From: Octopus bimaculoides
Lineage: Eukaryota
Direction: 5' to 3'
Length of the DNA: 37,068 nucleotides
Assembly (NCBI RefSeq): GCF_001194135.2
Contig: NC_068985.1
Location: forward strand, 60,565,134-60,602,201
Shown: positions 11,393 through 24,430 of the stretch, piece by piece
Layout of the letters: every line of letters begins with the position of its first letter
Numbering within the stretch: the stretch's first letter is position 1
Position numbers and translations under genes: made by a program
The notes under the pieces: model-generated
The model's input: only the letters and a program-made list of their open reading frames with translations
Database searches by the model: none
Told to the model about the DNA's origin: nothing

Positions 11393-12797
11393 AACTAGCT
11401 GAATTACTTGGTAATACCTAGAAAAGCAGAGGTTATTTCCAGTTTCTTTTCCTATTACACTGTTTCATGTTCTATCCCATTCCTATTACACTGTTTCATG
11501 TCCTATCCCAAATACACGGTGACATGGGATAGATTTACAAATACTGGCAAATAATACAGTTGAATCATAAAATTGATTGATTGTAATGGTAAGGTAATAT
11601 CAAAGTTGAATTGCTGGATAGTTGGAAGGATGAGAGGATTGACGATGTGCAACTATGAACCAATTGATTGATGGTTGGTTATTATCAATTTTGAGGGTCT
11701 TCCCAGTTGCTGTCACATTGGGAAATTTTAAAATTATGTCAAAATTTTCAAATTTGGAATAGTGAAATAATATTCCACATTAAATCCGATTTTGTTAATT
11801 ATTTGTTCAAGAAAAATTGCAGTAAAATGTTACTGGGGTTTAATTTTACTTGATAAGAATTCTACTTAATCAGAAAACAGGATTTGGAAGCTGGCATTTT
11901 CTGCATGATAGCTACCTAGCACAAAGTGAAAGTAAAATCATTAGGTGGAGGAATTTTTATTAAACAAATGAAAGCAAAGCATTACGACAACCAAAGTTGT
12001 AAGAACTTCTGAAGCTTTAATAAGTTTTAATGAATAAAGTCATGTGAAACAGTTGAACAAACATGTAAATAGTTTAAAAATGAAAAAGATTGTCAAGGAA
12101 TTTTTTTGGTGAAAAATTGCACAAATTTGTCCTGATCAAGAAGCCTATCTGTCAGGAAGGGCATGGTCTGACATGGAATAAACAAAAATTTATATAAGAC
12201 ATTCTATTGTAAAAATTGTCCAACAATGGTACTCTATTCATCTATGGAAGAAAATGAAAGACATATATAGTTTTATTGTTTCAGTAGTTTTAATAAATCT
12301 TAATGCAATGATATGAAAACAAATATAAAAACACTTTACCTTTCAGTTTTACATCTGTTGTTGAACATATTGTAAAAGTTTTGACTGAGCATACAATAGT
12401 TAATTCACTAAAGAGTATGTGTTAAGTGATAGGTAAAAATTTAAGAACAAAGTATTAAAATTCACTGTTCCCTTCAGTAGATATGTTCTCTCTTCTGCTC
12501 TGTCCCCATCACATTCCCTGTCTCTTCCTGTCTCCTCCCTTTCCCTTATATTAGTCACCCTCATTATGCCACCACATTTCCCTCAACCTAACACACTTTG
12601 CAACCTTTTCATTTTATATAATAGCCCAAACCCCGTAGTGGGGTGGGGTATTATCGATTTTTATTGAATACCAATTAGCCTACAATTGAACTGGATGTTA
12701 GTTTGACATGTATGCAAAGTTTCGTGAAGATTGGTTCACTGGTATAGGTAGCAAGATGGTAACAGACAGACAGAAATTGCCATTTATATATAAGATT
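11393..12797 (+). mobile_element. Helitron/Helentron-like non-autonomous element
   Basis: 5' ACTAGCTG-n-TACTTGGTAATACCTAG and 3' aagtttcgtgaagattgg...(ACAG)n...TTTATATATAAGAT. Both ends are shared with 28159-28981, while the interiors differ. Confidence 0.55.
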
Positions 12798-13059
12798 ACT
12801 GTGTTGCATCAATATGCATACATTCAAACACACATGTATTTATACATATGTATCTATTGATAAAGTATATATGTGTTAGTACACCTACACAAACACATAC
12901 ACATATTTTTTAGAAAAAGCAGGTTGTTGTAGGTGATAGCTATGCAAACTGAACACTGAATATTTAAAATGATAAAGATATTGAAACGTTACATTTGAAA
13001 TATTTAATTAGTCTTGATATTTTGAGTTAAAAACTTTAAATGTTGAAAGAGAGATATAT

Positions 13060-13480
13060 AAATTGGCATGTCACATTCTTGTGTGTTATTTTTAAATTAT
13101 TGCATTTCTAAACTGCATAAGTTTGGGGCTGTAATTTGTGTTCCTGTGTGAGAAGGAATTGGGTCAAGTATTGTTGGGCTTTCCATAGGCACTCATTCAG
13201 TTCAAGCCAATTGTTAATTGTTGGGGTTTTTGTTTAGCATAGTTTCTTGTATCCATATGTCACCAGTATTATGTTCTAATAGTAATTGTGATGTTCATGT
13301 TTCTAAATTTTTCATGATGTTTTTTGGAAATGTGTTGTATGTATATAGAGACCCTGTTTGATTCAGATGTGTAATGGCTGAATCATGCTGTCAATATAGC
13401 ATTCATTTCAATTGGTGTGCTATGTAAGTATATAGGTGCATATCAGTATTGTTGATGGGGCAGTTAGCTGGCATGCATGC
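13060..13480 (-). pseudogene. possible highly decayed Penelope-like GIY-YIG endonuclease C-terminal remnant
   Basis: Interrupted minus-strand translation NCPIN...TYIA...QHDSAITHL...NITI...KQKPQQL resembles the layout of PLE endonucleases; many stops. Confidence 0.3.
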
Positions 13481-13569
13481 TTTTCTTTCATCAGGAAGCT
13501 GGTTTTTTTTTTTTTTTTTTTGGTAAACATTTCTGTAGGGAAGATCTTGAGTGAATCATGCTCACAGAA

Positions 13570-13815
13570 ACAGGATACTTATGCAGAGGCAGCACCACAT
13601 GTTCCTTAAACAACCACTGCAACACAGAGACAATCTTATATGAGGCAGAGGTAACATTAAAGAGCTCCATTGGGTAGTCAGATGTGGGTATGACAGAAGG
13701 TCCCTTCAGGATGAGATTCAACAACCATAAGTTCTCCTTTAATGTCCTGGGAAAACACAATGTCACAACCTTGGCTAGGCATGTATGGCTGTTGAAGGAA
13801 AGCGAAAAATCTTAG
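13570..13815 (+). pseudogene. Penelope-like GIY-YIG endonuclease fragment
   Basis: One frame with one internal stop: LCRGSTTCSLNNHCNTETILYEAEVT...VGMTEGPFRMRFNNHKFSF...TTLARHVWLLKE. This matches the Cys-rich linker, YIG motif, R-x3-H and LS/A-x-HIW-x-LK pattern of PLE endonucleases. Confidence 0.8.
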
Positions 13816-14010
13816 AGTAGGTATTACTATGAATTTTTGAAAATATTTAAATCTAACTTCTATTGTACTTTTTCTTGGAGAGCATCCAAAAAGAAGCATT
13901 TCAATATCTCATTTGTGAAATTTGAATGAATATTTTAAGAAATAAGACAATTTGAATGGTCAGCAAATTGGTCAAAATACTACCTAATTAGGCCTTAATA
14001 AATAATTAGC

Positions 14011-15138
14011 CATTACATGGCAGTGAAACATGGGCCATGACTGCTGAGGACATGCGTAGGCTCGCAAGGAATGAAGCCAGTATGCTCTGATGGATGTGTA
14101 ATGTCAGTGTGCATACTAGACAGAGTGTAAGTATCTTGAGAGAAAAGTTGAACCAAAGAAGCATCAGTTGTGGTGTGCAAGAGAGACAATTACGCTGGTA
14201 TGGACATGTGGCGAGAATGGATGAGGATAGCTGTGTGAAAAAATTCCACACCCTAGCGGTTGAGGGAACCCGTGGAAGAGGCAGGCCCAGGAAGACCTGG
14301 GATGAGGTGGTGAGGCATGACCTTCGAACATTAGGCCTCACCGAGGCAATGACTTGTGACTGGGGCCCTTGTAAATATGCTGTGCGTGAGAAGACCCAGC
14401 AAGCCAAGTGAGACCAAAATCCAAGGCCTCTGCCTGGGATGTTGCCAGCCCACTTATGCGTAACATTCTTTCATTGGACACTAAACTCCGCTTGCGAAGA
14501 CTTGTTGAGGCAAGTGAAATCGAAATCGAATTAAATTTGTAGACTGGCACCCATGCCAAGGTCTCTTTCATTGAACACTAAACTCGGCTTGAGAATACCT
14601 GTTGGGCAAGCAAAAGCGAAATTGTGATGGCACCAGTACCAGTGGAGCACTAAGAGCACCGTCTGATTGTGATCGCTGCCAGAGCACCAGCTGTCTGGCT
14701 TCGTGCCGATGGCACATAAATAACACCATTTGAGCGTGATCATTACCAGCGTTGCCTTCCTGGCACTTGTGCCAGTGGCACGTGAAAAGACATTCAAGCG
14801 AGATTGTTGCCAGTACCACTGGACTGGCTCCTGTGCAGGTGGCATGTAAAATACACCATTTCGAGCATGGCCATTGCCAGTACCGCTGGACTGGCTCCTG
14901 TGCAGGTGGCACGTAAAATACACCATTTCGAGCATGGCCGTTGCCAGTATGCCTGACTGGCCTTCGTGCCGGTGGCACATAAAAGCACCCACTACACTCT
15001 CGGAGTGGTTGGCATTAGGAAGGGCATCCAGATGTAGAAACTCTGCCAAATCAGTTTGGAGCCTGGTGTAGCCACCTGGTCCACCAGTCCTCATTCAAAT
15101 AGTCCAACCCATGCTAGCATGGAAAGCGGACGTTAAAC

Positions 15139-15168
<30 letters not shown>
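14011..15168 (+). mobile_element. 5'-truncated RTE-clade LINE (RT C-terminus, 3'UTR with 67-bp tandem units, (GAT)n tail)
   Basis: LHGSETW...LRWYGHVARMDED...GRGRPRKTWDEVV (ORF 14094-14411). 67-bp units start at 14807, 14874 and 14941; ends ggacgttaaac(GAT)n. Confidence 0.92.
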
Positions 15169-15170
<2 letters not shown>

Positions 15171-16149
15171 GTGTTGTCATATCTTTGAAACTGAGATGTT
15201 GGTCATCTTCAAATTATGCAAATTATGCAAATTAATAGTGTCCAGTTGCCTATTTTTCTCAGATGCTTGAAAATGGAACTTTTATTGGCAATTTAAAAAT
15301 ATTTATGTAAAGCCTATTTTGTTGCATGTAACAAACAGTTGATTTCACTATGTGAACATAAGCTTTTTATGTATTTTCAGACCTAGCTAAATCCAAAAGT
15401 ACAAACCACAGGGACTTGAGTTTTGACTCATTTCTAGTAGATATAGATCTAAATAAATCCTGATATTTTGGGACATGATACCATCTCAATAAAATTTTAA
15501 TGGACTATTAAAAATGGTTATAAACAATTAAATGGTGAAGTTTCAGATCAGGAAACTGACATAAGTTGGATTTTCTTCATTTTGACAGGAATTTTTCCAA
15601 TTTTTGCCCCCACACTCTTGGAAACGATTGATGAAGGGAGACTTTTTATGAAAAGAAATTTTGAAAATTTTTGTATTCCCTCCCCTCCTCCAGGCCAATT
15701 TTTCTCAATGTTCTTTTTTTTTTTTGCACTACACACTTCAAAACAATGGAAGAAGCCTTTTTGATAAAAGAGAAGAAATTTTTTGAAAATATTTTCAAAA
15801 AAATGGTGGGTATGTTAAGGGAGATTTAGCTGTTGTTTCTAGCACATCCCATGACCATTTGGTACTTTCTTTGTTTCTTTATCACTCTGACATGTATTGA
15901 CCTAACCCCATTGATTTCTATAGCAAAATAAAGCAAAAAAACAAAGAAGCCCTCTTCATGATTGTATCATTTTCAACACAAATCAAATTATAGTGCTCTA
16001 GTGCATTGAACTAGATTGAGTGCTACCATTCAGCAGTCAGAAACAAAAACAGGAAAAACATTGTGAATGGGTGGAAATATGATGGTGATTGAGAAAAGCT
16101 GGCATATGTAAGTGTTGGCTATATGAGAAAAAAGTTGACATCCAAAACA

Positions 16150-16442
16150 TTTAAATAGTATATAATTTTCTCCAGAAAAATATATTTTGACTTGAAAATG
16201 ATCAAGGAAAAAGTGGGTTTTTACATGGTCAAATTGTGCTTGTCGCCCCTTCTATAGAACTATACAGTGATACGTACTTAGAGTGGTGCAAGTCTTATTT
16301 TAATAGCAACAGAAAGTGCAGGCTATGCCTAGTCAAGAAAAGAATTACATCAAAAAATTCTCTTTATTCAGACATCTACTTAAACTATAGAAATGATGTT
16401 CTCAGCCTGTGCCCATATGAGAGAAAGTACTTGTTTACTTAA
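16150..16442 (+). pseudogene. Penelope-like endonuclease extreme C-terminus
   Basis: WCKSYFNSNRKCRLCLVKK...LNYRNDVLSLCPYERKYLF matches the C-x2-LCL-x-EK...LN-x-R-x-E...C-x-H-x2-K-x-L terminus of PLE GIY-YIG domains. Confidence 0.75.
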
Positions 16443-16930
16443 CCAACAAAACCCACCATTATTATAAATGCTAAGTTCTCCACCATTGGTCCTTCCACCA
16501 TCACATCCTGAAAACACAGCAGTCATGACCAAACCATACACACATACCCATATGCACCCATATACGGGGTTAAAGATTCAGGCACCCACTCATTCCCCCT
16601 ACACACATACCATCCTCTTCACACATCCCCTACACATTTATTTACCCACCAGACTACTGCTGCACAACAACATACTTGGGCTTAATTTTCTTTTTTTGCA
16701 AAGCCCTTGCTTAATTGTCTCTCATGACTTCATTATATCTATGTACATATATGTATATACATATATCTATATTTATTTATCTCTCTCTCTCCCTCACTAT
16801 ATATATATTCAACTGTATATATATATATATATATATATAGTTGAAATTTATAGAAAAACAAAAGACAAAGACAGGTGTATGAACAACAAGCAAGTGTACT
16901 AGTTTGACGCTCGGGAAAAATGAAAAAGTT

Positions 16931-16965
16931 TTTTACGTTTCAAGCCTATGCTCTTCAACAGAAAG
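16931..16965 (-). ncRNA. minimal type I hammerhead-like motif (A6U variant)
   Basis: Minus strand: CTTT-CTGTTGA-A-GAGC-ATAG-GCTT-GAAA-CGT-A-AAAA. Helix II GAGC/GCTT, palindromic helix III ACGT, helix I TTT/AAA. Confidence 0.6.
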
Positions 16966-17068
16966 GATTAAGAGAAAATAAACAGAGAGAGAATGAAAAA
17001 CACTTGTAGAGTTCAGTGGTTTAACATGTAGAGTTCAGTAGTCCAACCCAATATGTATATATATATAT

Positions 17069-17675
17069 TATTGCGTTGGCCAAAATGTCTGTTCATTTTT
17101 TTTTTTTTTTTTAATGAAAATAAGACTCAAGTTTTAAACATGAAGCTATTTATTCAACCAATGATATAATTAGCATTTCATTCCAGTATCCTCTGCCAAT
17201 TTATGGGCAGACCCATTATTTGCTACTCAAAGGATTTCCTGTTTTTACTGGTGAAAAACTCTTCTAGGCAAATTTTTATATCCTCTTTAGAGGTGAAGGT
17301 CTACCCATTCACTGAGTTTGAAGATACCAAAACAGTTGAAAATCTGAAGGGTGCAAGGTTAGGTAAATCTAGAGGGTGCAAGAAAACTTCTCAGCCAAGC
17401 CCCAATAACTTTTGCCATGTCTGCAAAGAAGTGCGTGTTCTAGCATTGTTGTGATGAAAGACAATGCCCTTACAATTAGCAAGTACTGGACACTTCAGGT
17501 GGATCACTGGATTTAAATTGTCCAGCTGGTCACAGTACAGATCTAATTGATGGCCCTGCTCATGGGGAGAAGCTCATAAAAGACAACACCCTTCAAATCC
17601 TACCAGATTGAAGGTATAACCTCATTCCTCCATGATTGTTTGTGCTTCATATTGTTATAGACAATCCGTTTTATT
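17069..17675 (-). mobile_element. mariner 3' half (decayed transposase catalytic region and right TIR)
   Basis: Minus-strand pieces DLKGVVFYELLP, GIVFHHNNAR (HDNA motif) and EVFLHPLDLPNLAP/SDFQLF (YSPDLAPSD motif, frameshifted); TA-ttgcgttggccaaaa end. Confidence 0.88.
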
Positions 17676-18256
17676 ATAAATATGTGTGCATGTAGTCATA
17701 TTTTTTCATATGTATATATATCTATATATATATATATNNNNNNNNNNNNNNNNNNNNNNNNNNNNNNNNNNNNNNNNNNNNNNNNNNNNNNNNNNNNNNN
17801 NNNNNNNNNNNNNNNNNNNNNNNNNNNNNNNNNNNNNNNNNNNNNNNNNNNNNNNNNNNNNNNNNNNNNNNNNNNNNNNNNNNNNNNNNNNNNNNNNNNN
17901 NNNNNNNNNNNNNNNNNNNNNNNNNNNNNNTATATATATATTTATATATCCTATTACATTTATGCATATGATAATTATTTACACCACCACAGGTTGCAGC
18001 TGCTCATAACTGACTTCATTTTACAGATATTAAAAAATAAGAGTATTGTTTAAAATCTTCACCTCCTTCACATATATGCACACAAATCAATAACTGTATC
18101 AAATGTGATATATTTTCATTTTGTTATCTCATGAGAACATTCAGAATTTTTTTTCTTTTTTCATTTTACACATCTCATGTCTGAAATTTTCCCCTCAAGT
18201 TTCGAGAAAACAATTCTTAAGCACGCAAACATTAACAACAGCAGCAGCAGCAGCAT

Positions 18257-18294
<38 letters not shown>

Positions 18295-18524
18295 TTTTTA
18301 GTAGTAGTAGTTGATATTTTTGCAGTGATTGAGTATCAAAGATGTTGAAATATCAAACTAACTGTATATTTTAGTCCCTTTCCTGACAGCTTGTACATAA
18401 AACTATAAAGAATGTATGTTGGTAATAATGAAATATGAAAGAGCTAGAATCGTGTGACTCTGGAGAGAAGGGAAACTTGTGTCTTAAATTCTCTGCTGAG
18501 GATAGAAGCAGCAACATCCTTATT

Positions 18525-18738
18525 TCTTCTTTTGATATCATACTGCCCAAGACTACCCGTGGGTTTATAATACAAACTTTCTATTTTCTAATAATTTTCT
18601 AATAATTTCATATTAATTTATGTTCCAAACTCCAGTTCAATGATCACAAAGTTATTTTACTAAATTCTTCATTATTACCAAAATTAATTAAAACAAATGC
18701 AGTGTATTTTAACAGGAATTTGGTAACTAAAGGGTTAA
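18525..18738. mobile_element. degenerate piggyBac-like MITE
   Basis: Right end ggtaactaaaGGG|TTAA; left end decayed (cttcttttgatatca). Confidence 0.45.
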
Positions 18739-21639
18739 GCTAGTTTTTATTTTATAATAAATAGATGGTTGTTATTGCATTGTAACTACTGTTATTTGGA
18801 CAGGTCAAGAAAATCCTGCTTTTGATACCATGTAACCTAATACTATTCATTTCATGGTTGGGTGGTCAGCAACTAAACTGCACCCCCTCCTCCACCATTA
18901 CCACCTGGCTTGCTAGGTGAAGAGGGAGTTGCAGACATTCTACAAAACTAGAAACAAGACCTGTTAAAGGATGGATGAGCTCATTATGAGCCAACAGCCA
19001 TCCACACAAGTAGGTCTTGTAAAAACATCCTGCATGTGAGCTGGCACTCTGTACTGGTCCAAGACATAACCACAAGAATTATAATGTCAGACATACTGTG
19101 CTCTTAAGTTGGAGTTGATGTCTACAAGTAATGTGGTGAAGAGACAAGAAGAGAAGAACAGCTAAGGGATCATAGACAAATGTGTTGTTATCTAACCCCA
19201 GGTCAACCCTGATCAAACAGATCTATGATCAGGAATGTTACAAAAGTAACCATCCTATCTTTAATTTAGGTTGACTACAATATCCAGAGTGTCTGTCCCT
19301 TATTGAAGACTGTAGGCTAAGATTTGACCCTATAGAAGCCTCTCGTTGACCCAAGGCTAAAATATGTGTATAGGTTTGGTATGTAAAACTATCAGCTTAT
19401 TAACAGGATTTTCTCTTAGATAGAAGGATGATATCAGTATAGTTGTTTATGTTTTAGTTTGCCCATCTGTAGAATGGTCCCCATAGGAAAAATGGCCGGG
19501 AAGTATATTATTGGGCTATCAATATGGAAATCATATAACTACTGTAAGTCTTTTACTTCTTGTTGCATACCTACAGGTGTTGATGATCAAGGACCCCCGT
19601 AATCATTATTCGGCTGTTCTTTCTGAGGTCAGCTGCTAAGACCATCAAGTGTATTCTTTCTCTGTCTTCCTCGGCTTCTTTTCCCAATTTTAAGTCTATT
19701 AAAAGGTTAGCCTTTCACTCACAAGCAAGTATAATATGGTAGCATTTAGCACTCTTTCACTAATTATTTTAAATGCTTGTTATCACTTGGCCCAAACCTC
19801 CCTCAATTCAGTAGCACATCCAAGAAGTGACAGCCAGAGAGAAAGAGAGTGGGCTGCACCAGTTGTTAGCTCATGCTTCATTTTTAGCTGAGCAAATTGG
19901 ATTGATATGAAATGAAGTGCCTTGCTGGCCCTGATCCAGGAATTGAGCCCATGAGCTTACAATCATAAGCCCAACACCCCTATTAACCACAAGGCCACTT
20001 ACCTCCTCTTAAGTCTTCTGTAAAACAAAAACCTATATGATTTACGTAACATTGTAAAGGTTTACATATTCAGTACTTTAATACTTCCTTTATCAGCAAG
20101 TTGTTTTAAAAACTCCCTGGTGTCATGTTCAATGAATTCTTTCAATTTTTGAAGTTATAAATCATCATATTGTTAATACAAGTACATTATGATATTTTTA
20201 TAATCAGAACTTTTGTCTTTATACCGAGAGCATTAACAACCTCTCTAGTGTTGGGGCCACAAAAATGGCACTCAATACACTCTGTAAAGTAGTTAGTGTT
20301 AGAAAGGGCATTCAGCCATAGAAACCATACCAAAACTGAGACATTTGAGCAAGATAGGAGCCTTCATCTCATTGGATCCTGCAGTGAGGAAGAGGTGGAG
20401 GAAAAAGAGAAAATGTTGCACATCATAGTAGTTTTGGTACAAGGAGTAATGCTTTACATTATAACATGTTTGCAACATATACAAACAATTGTCTGAGCAA
20501 GGTAGAAGAGATAGGGTTTGAATTTATGACTTTTGATTCAAATTTTCAACACTTTAATAACATGTGGAAGGGGAAATATCAGAAATTTTCTATTTCATTA
20601 GATAAGACATTAAGAAATATCAATATTTTTTCTGCTTATGTCAACTCAGTTACTGATCTAATTTATCGTTAACAAACAACATACTTCAAACAACCAATTA
20701 TGTACACACTGCCTTCTTTTGTTCTTTAAAAGCCAATAATTTTTTTAATAACTAAAAGATTAGGTAAACATTATTTAAAGTTTACCATTTAAAGCTAAGT
20801 GATACAAGTAAAGATAATTTTAGCAATTTAGCATATACATCATCTTTTGTCAGGGCTTGAATATTTTACATCAGAATAGTTTTGTCAAAGAAAATATTAT
20901 GTGTGTCAACATTTTCATTATGTTTCTTAGGGCAGGGAGGGCTATTGGGTTAAGAAATTGGCTTCTTAACCATCAATGCACAGCACTTTGGCTAAATATC
21001 TTAAATAACCCCAGACTGAGTAAAATACAAGTACAGTTGTATCTCTGTCTCTCTTCTTCTCTCTCTCTTTTTGTTTGTTTGTCTGTTATATAATCCCATT
21101 GTCATTTTTAATGCCCAGACAGTTTACTGAGGCAGCTTTTTTATAGTTGGATGCTTTTCTTTTTGCCAACTCTCAACTGTTTCCATGTAAAGTAATATTT
21201 CCGTATGGCTCTATCTGTTTTTACAGAATATTGGAAATGAATGATAATGCTTGTATGATAGTGAAACTCATAACTATCATGCAATATCAAGATAAGGAAA
21301 CACAAATATATATAAACATACACACACTCATACACACACAATCCATTTCCTAAAAATCTATTTCTATTCCCTTAGTAAGAAACCCTCACTAACATAACAT
21401 TCCGTGTTGTGATTGAGGGGAAAACACATCATAGTGGCCTCTTATTAATTCTTCAAGGTCCATGAAGATATTTTATCTCAGAACCACAATTTAATAAAGT
21501 AATAAAGTATATCATTACTTTTTACAGTGCTGAACCACAACTCCATGTTGTATATTTACAACTAAGTTAATCCTTCAGCAAGTTAATCAACATTCTGTTG
21601 ACTCACACATGAACATCTCTAAAATCAATGGTGTTTTTT

Positions 21640-21860
21640 ACTTGTTTCAATTATTAGACTGCAGCCATGCTGGGACACCTCCTTGAAGAATTGTTTGTTG
21701 AATGATCGACCCCAGTACTTATCTTTTTAAGCCTGTTACTTATTCCATCAATCTCTTTTGCTAAACTGTTAAATTACAGAGATATAAAAATATCAACACT
21801 GGTTGTCAAGTGGCAGTGGGGAGGGGGAACTAACATATGCGCAAAGACAAACACACAAGT
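21640..21860 (-). mobile_element. SINE family B, 3' portion
   Basis: ttgtttca...gactgcagccatgctgg...ggttgtcaag, homologous to 10995-11180. Confidence 0.7.
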
Positions 21861-21879
21861 GTGTGTTTGTGTGTGTGTG

Positions 21880-21931
<52 letters not shown>

Positions 21932-21984
21932 AGTAAAAATAAATACAAAAAAGGTGGTTTTTTTGTATGATTGTGTATAGAGGA

Positions 21985-22642
21985 ATATATTATTTTGTTT
22001 AAAAGAGTTCCAACACTGTCTGTTTTTTATGTTTTATTTATATTCCTGCAGAACTAATGTGGGGTATAGAATATGGAATATACAATATATAATATAATAT
22101 ACAATATACAATATAAAATAAAATAAAATAAAAATGGATGGCACCATGAAAGAAAGTATTGAATGTAGATGAAATATTGAGTGTTCAATATAAAGGATCA
22201 AATNNNNNNNNNNNNNNNNNNNNNNNNNNNNNNNNNNNNNNNNNNNNNNNNNNNNNNNNNNNNNNNNNNNNNNNNNNNNNNNNNNNNNNNNNNNNNNNNN
22301 NNNNNNNNNNNNNNNNNNNNNNNNNNNNNNNNNNNNNNNNNNNNNNNNNNNNNNNNNNNNNNNNNNNNNNNNNNNNNNNNNNNNNNNNNNCCTTTATATA
22401 TTTATATTTATATATTTATATATTTGATCCTTTATATTGAACACTCAATATTTCATCTACATTCAATACTTTCTTTCATGGTGCCATCCATTTTTATTTT
22501 ATTTTATTTTATATTGTATATTGTATATTATATATTATATTTTGTATATTCCATATTCTATACCCCACATTAGTTCTGCAGGAATATAAATAAAACATAA
22601 AAAACAGACAGTGTTGGAACTCTTTTAAACAAAATAATATAT
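21985..22642. repeat. long inverted repeat (about 220-bp arms) around an assembly gap
   Basis: 21985-22203 is the near-perfect reverse complement of 22422-22642; TA runs outside. Confidence 0.85.
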
Positions 22643-22664
22643 ATATATATATATATATATACAT

Positions 22665-22823
22665 ACAACGGGCTTCTTTCAGTTTCCATCTACCAAATCC
22701 ACTCAGAAGACTTTGGTCAGCCCAGGGCTGTAGTAAAAGACACTTACGCAAGGTGCCATGCAGTGGAACTGAACCTGAAACTATGTGGTTGGAAAGCAAG
22801 CCTTTTACCACATAACCACACCT
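22665..22823 (-). mobile_element. SINE family B, tRNA-like head
   Basis: Minus strand ggtgtggttatgtggtaaaaggcttgc...caggttcagttccactgcatggcacc contains A- and B-box-like motifs. Confidence 0.78.
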
Positions 22824-24386
22824 GATTATGAAAATATCATCATCATTGTCCATTTTCTATGCTGGGATGGTTTGACTGAAAACCAGTAATCTGTATCAGG
22901 TTCCAATCTGATTTGGCATGGTCACTACAGCTGGATGTCCTTCCTAATGCCAACCACTTCAAGAAAATTTATTATAGTCATAGTTTAATGATTAATTACC
23001 GGATTAGAGTGCCAGGATTAGCAATTTCTTGTATTTACCAGATTGTAATTGTTAAACTGCAGTTGGAAAGGTCTCAAAACAATCTTGGAAACAAATCAAA
23101 TAGGTTCTAAATCTGCTTCAGTCTGAGTAAAACTTATTTATATTCTGGGAAGAAACTTCTCTATGTTTGCATAAATCTTTCATTGTCAATGTAGTATTTT
23201 TATTGTAAACTTCAACTGTTGTGTATGAAGAAATATTACTGCTATATTGCTATTACAACAGAACAAGTTATAAGCGTAACAGATTCTTTATATAATAATT
23301 GTTTCAAATTTTGACAGAGACCAGGTTAGTTGATTACATTGACCTTAGGACTTGATTGGTACTTCATTTTATTCACCTGGAAAAAATTAAAGGCTTGCTG
23401 ATATAATGGTAGCTGGTTAGTTTCTCCTGTCACACTTTTTACATTGTATTGAGGAGGAGATAGAGAGAGTTAACAGGTGCAAGATGAGTGCACATACTGG
23501 GCTTGACGACAGGCAATGAACAAGGAAATGTTATGCACTCACACACACAGTAAGACAGAAAGAATCATAGAAACAGAGGAAGTATAGTAGTAAATGACTG
23601 ACTAGTTATGGGAGGAGTTATGCAAATGAGAAATCTATTGTATTTAATTTTATTATAAAATATTTTTTCTTTTGAAAATTAGTATTTGTTTCACCATTTT
23701 GTATAAGCCGCAAGAAATTTGATTAAAATGAAATTATAATTAGTGTATATTTTCTATATTTCCTGATTACCTATGAGGATTAAAGTATACTCCTAATATT
23801 ACCTAGTATATGAGAGGTAACACTCCAGTGAATTCCATGAAACACTGTACAGTGTGATAACCAAACTGTTATATTGATACACTTTAAATGTATATAACTG
23901 TCATTTAATGATATTGGAGTTGTAACAGTAGTTTCAGTGAGACTCATGACATTAATATAACATCCATTGTTAGATGTTCTGGTTTGTCTAGAAGCTAACA
24001 TTTATCCCATCACATGACTGGTTGGAAGTAGTTTAGAACTACTAATATTCCATAACATACAGTTGCTGGTATAGCAGTAACAAAAATTTAAACAAGAAAT
24101 TATGTAAAATTCCATACAGCATAATAACTAAATAGTTTGGTATGTGAAAACATAGTTTGGCTGTTGGTTAATAATGGGATTATAGCTCTAGTAGTCTAAT
24201 CACTCCGGTTATCAGCTCCTGACACTGAAACACCCATGCTCATTACCTGTTTATACTGTGTTACTTTGTTACCAATGAGTCAAGGATGAAAATCATTATA
24301 AAAGTACAGTTCTATAGTTAAGAGATGTGGAATTATGTACATTATTTACATTTGATGGATATTTGTCCTCATCTTGTTTGTTATCA

Positions 24387-24430
24387 ACACAACATTTTGG
24401 CTGATATACCCTCCAGCTTTCATCAGGTGT
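24387..24430 (-). ncRNA. type I hammerhead motif, core decayed
   Basis: Minus strand: ACAC-CTGATGA-AA-GCTGG-AGGGTATA-TCAGC-C-AAAA-TGT-T-GTGT. Helix I ACAC/GTGT and helix II GCTGG/TCAGC; reversing two CpG-type transitions restores C-GAAA-CGT-T. Confidence 0.7.

Noticed and set aside
12150-12270. KTFYCKNCP as a captured piggyBac-type cysteine-rich domain
   Set aside because: Only one CxxC is visible and the surrounding frames are broken; too weak without a profile search.
12955-12995. CTGAATA...GAAACGTT hammerhead-like string
   Set aside because: G8 is missing and neither helix I nor helix II pairs.
23842-23855. GAA followed by the 14-bp palindrome ACACTGTACAGTGT as a sixth hammerhead
   Set aside because: Position 17 would be G, there is no CUGANGA at a suitable distance, and no helix I.
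23780-24330. Complex, coding-looking stretch (ORF 23780-24001)
   Set aside because: All frames are interrupted, and I found no recognisable motif or convincing splice pair; a TBLASTX search would be needed.
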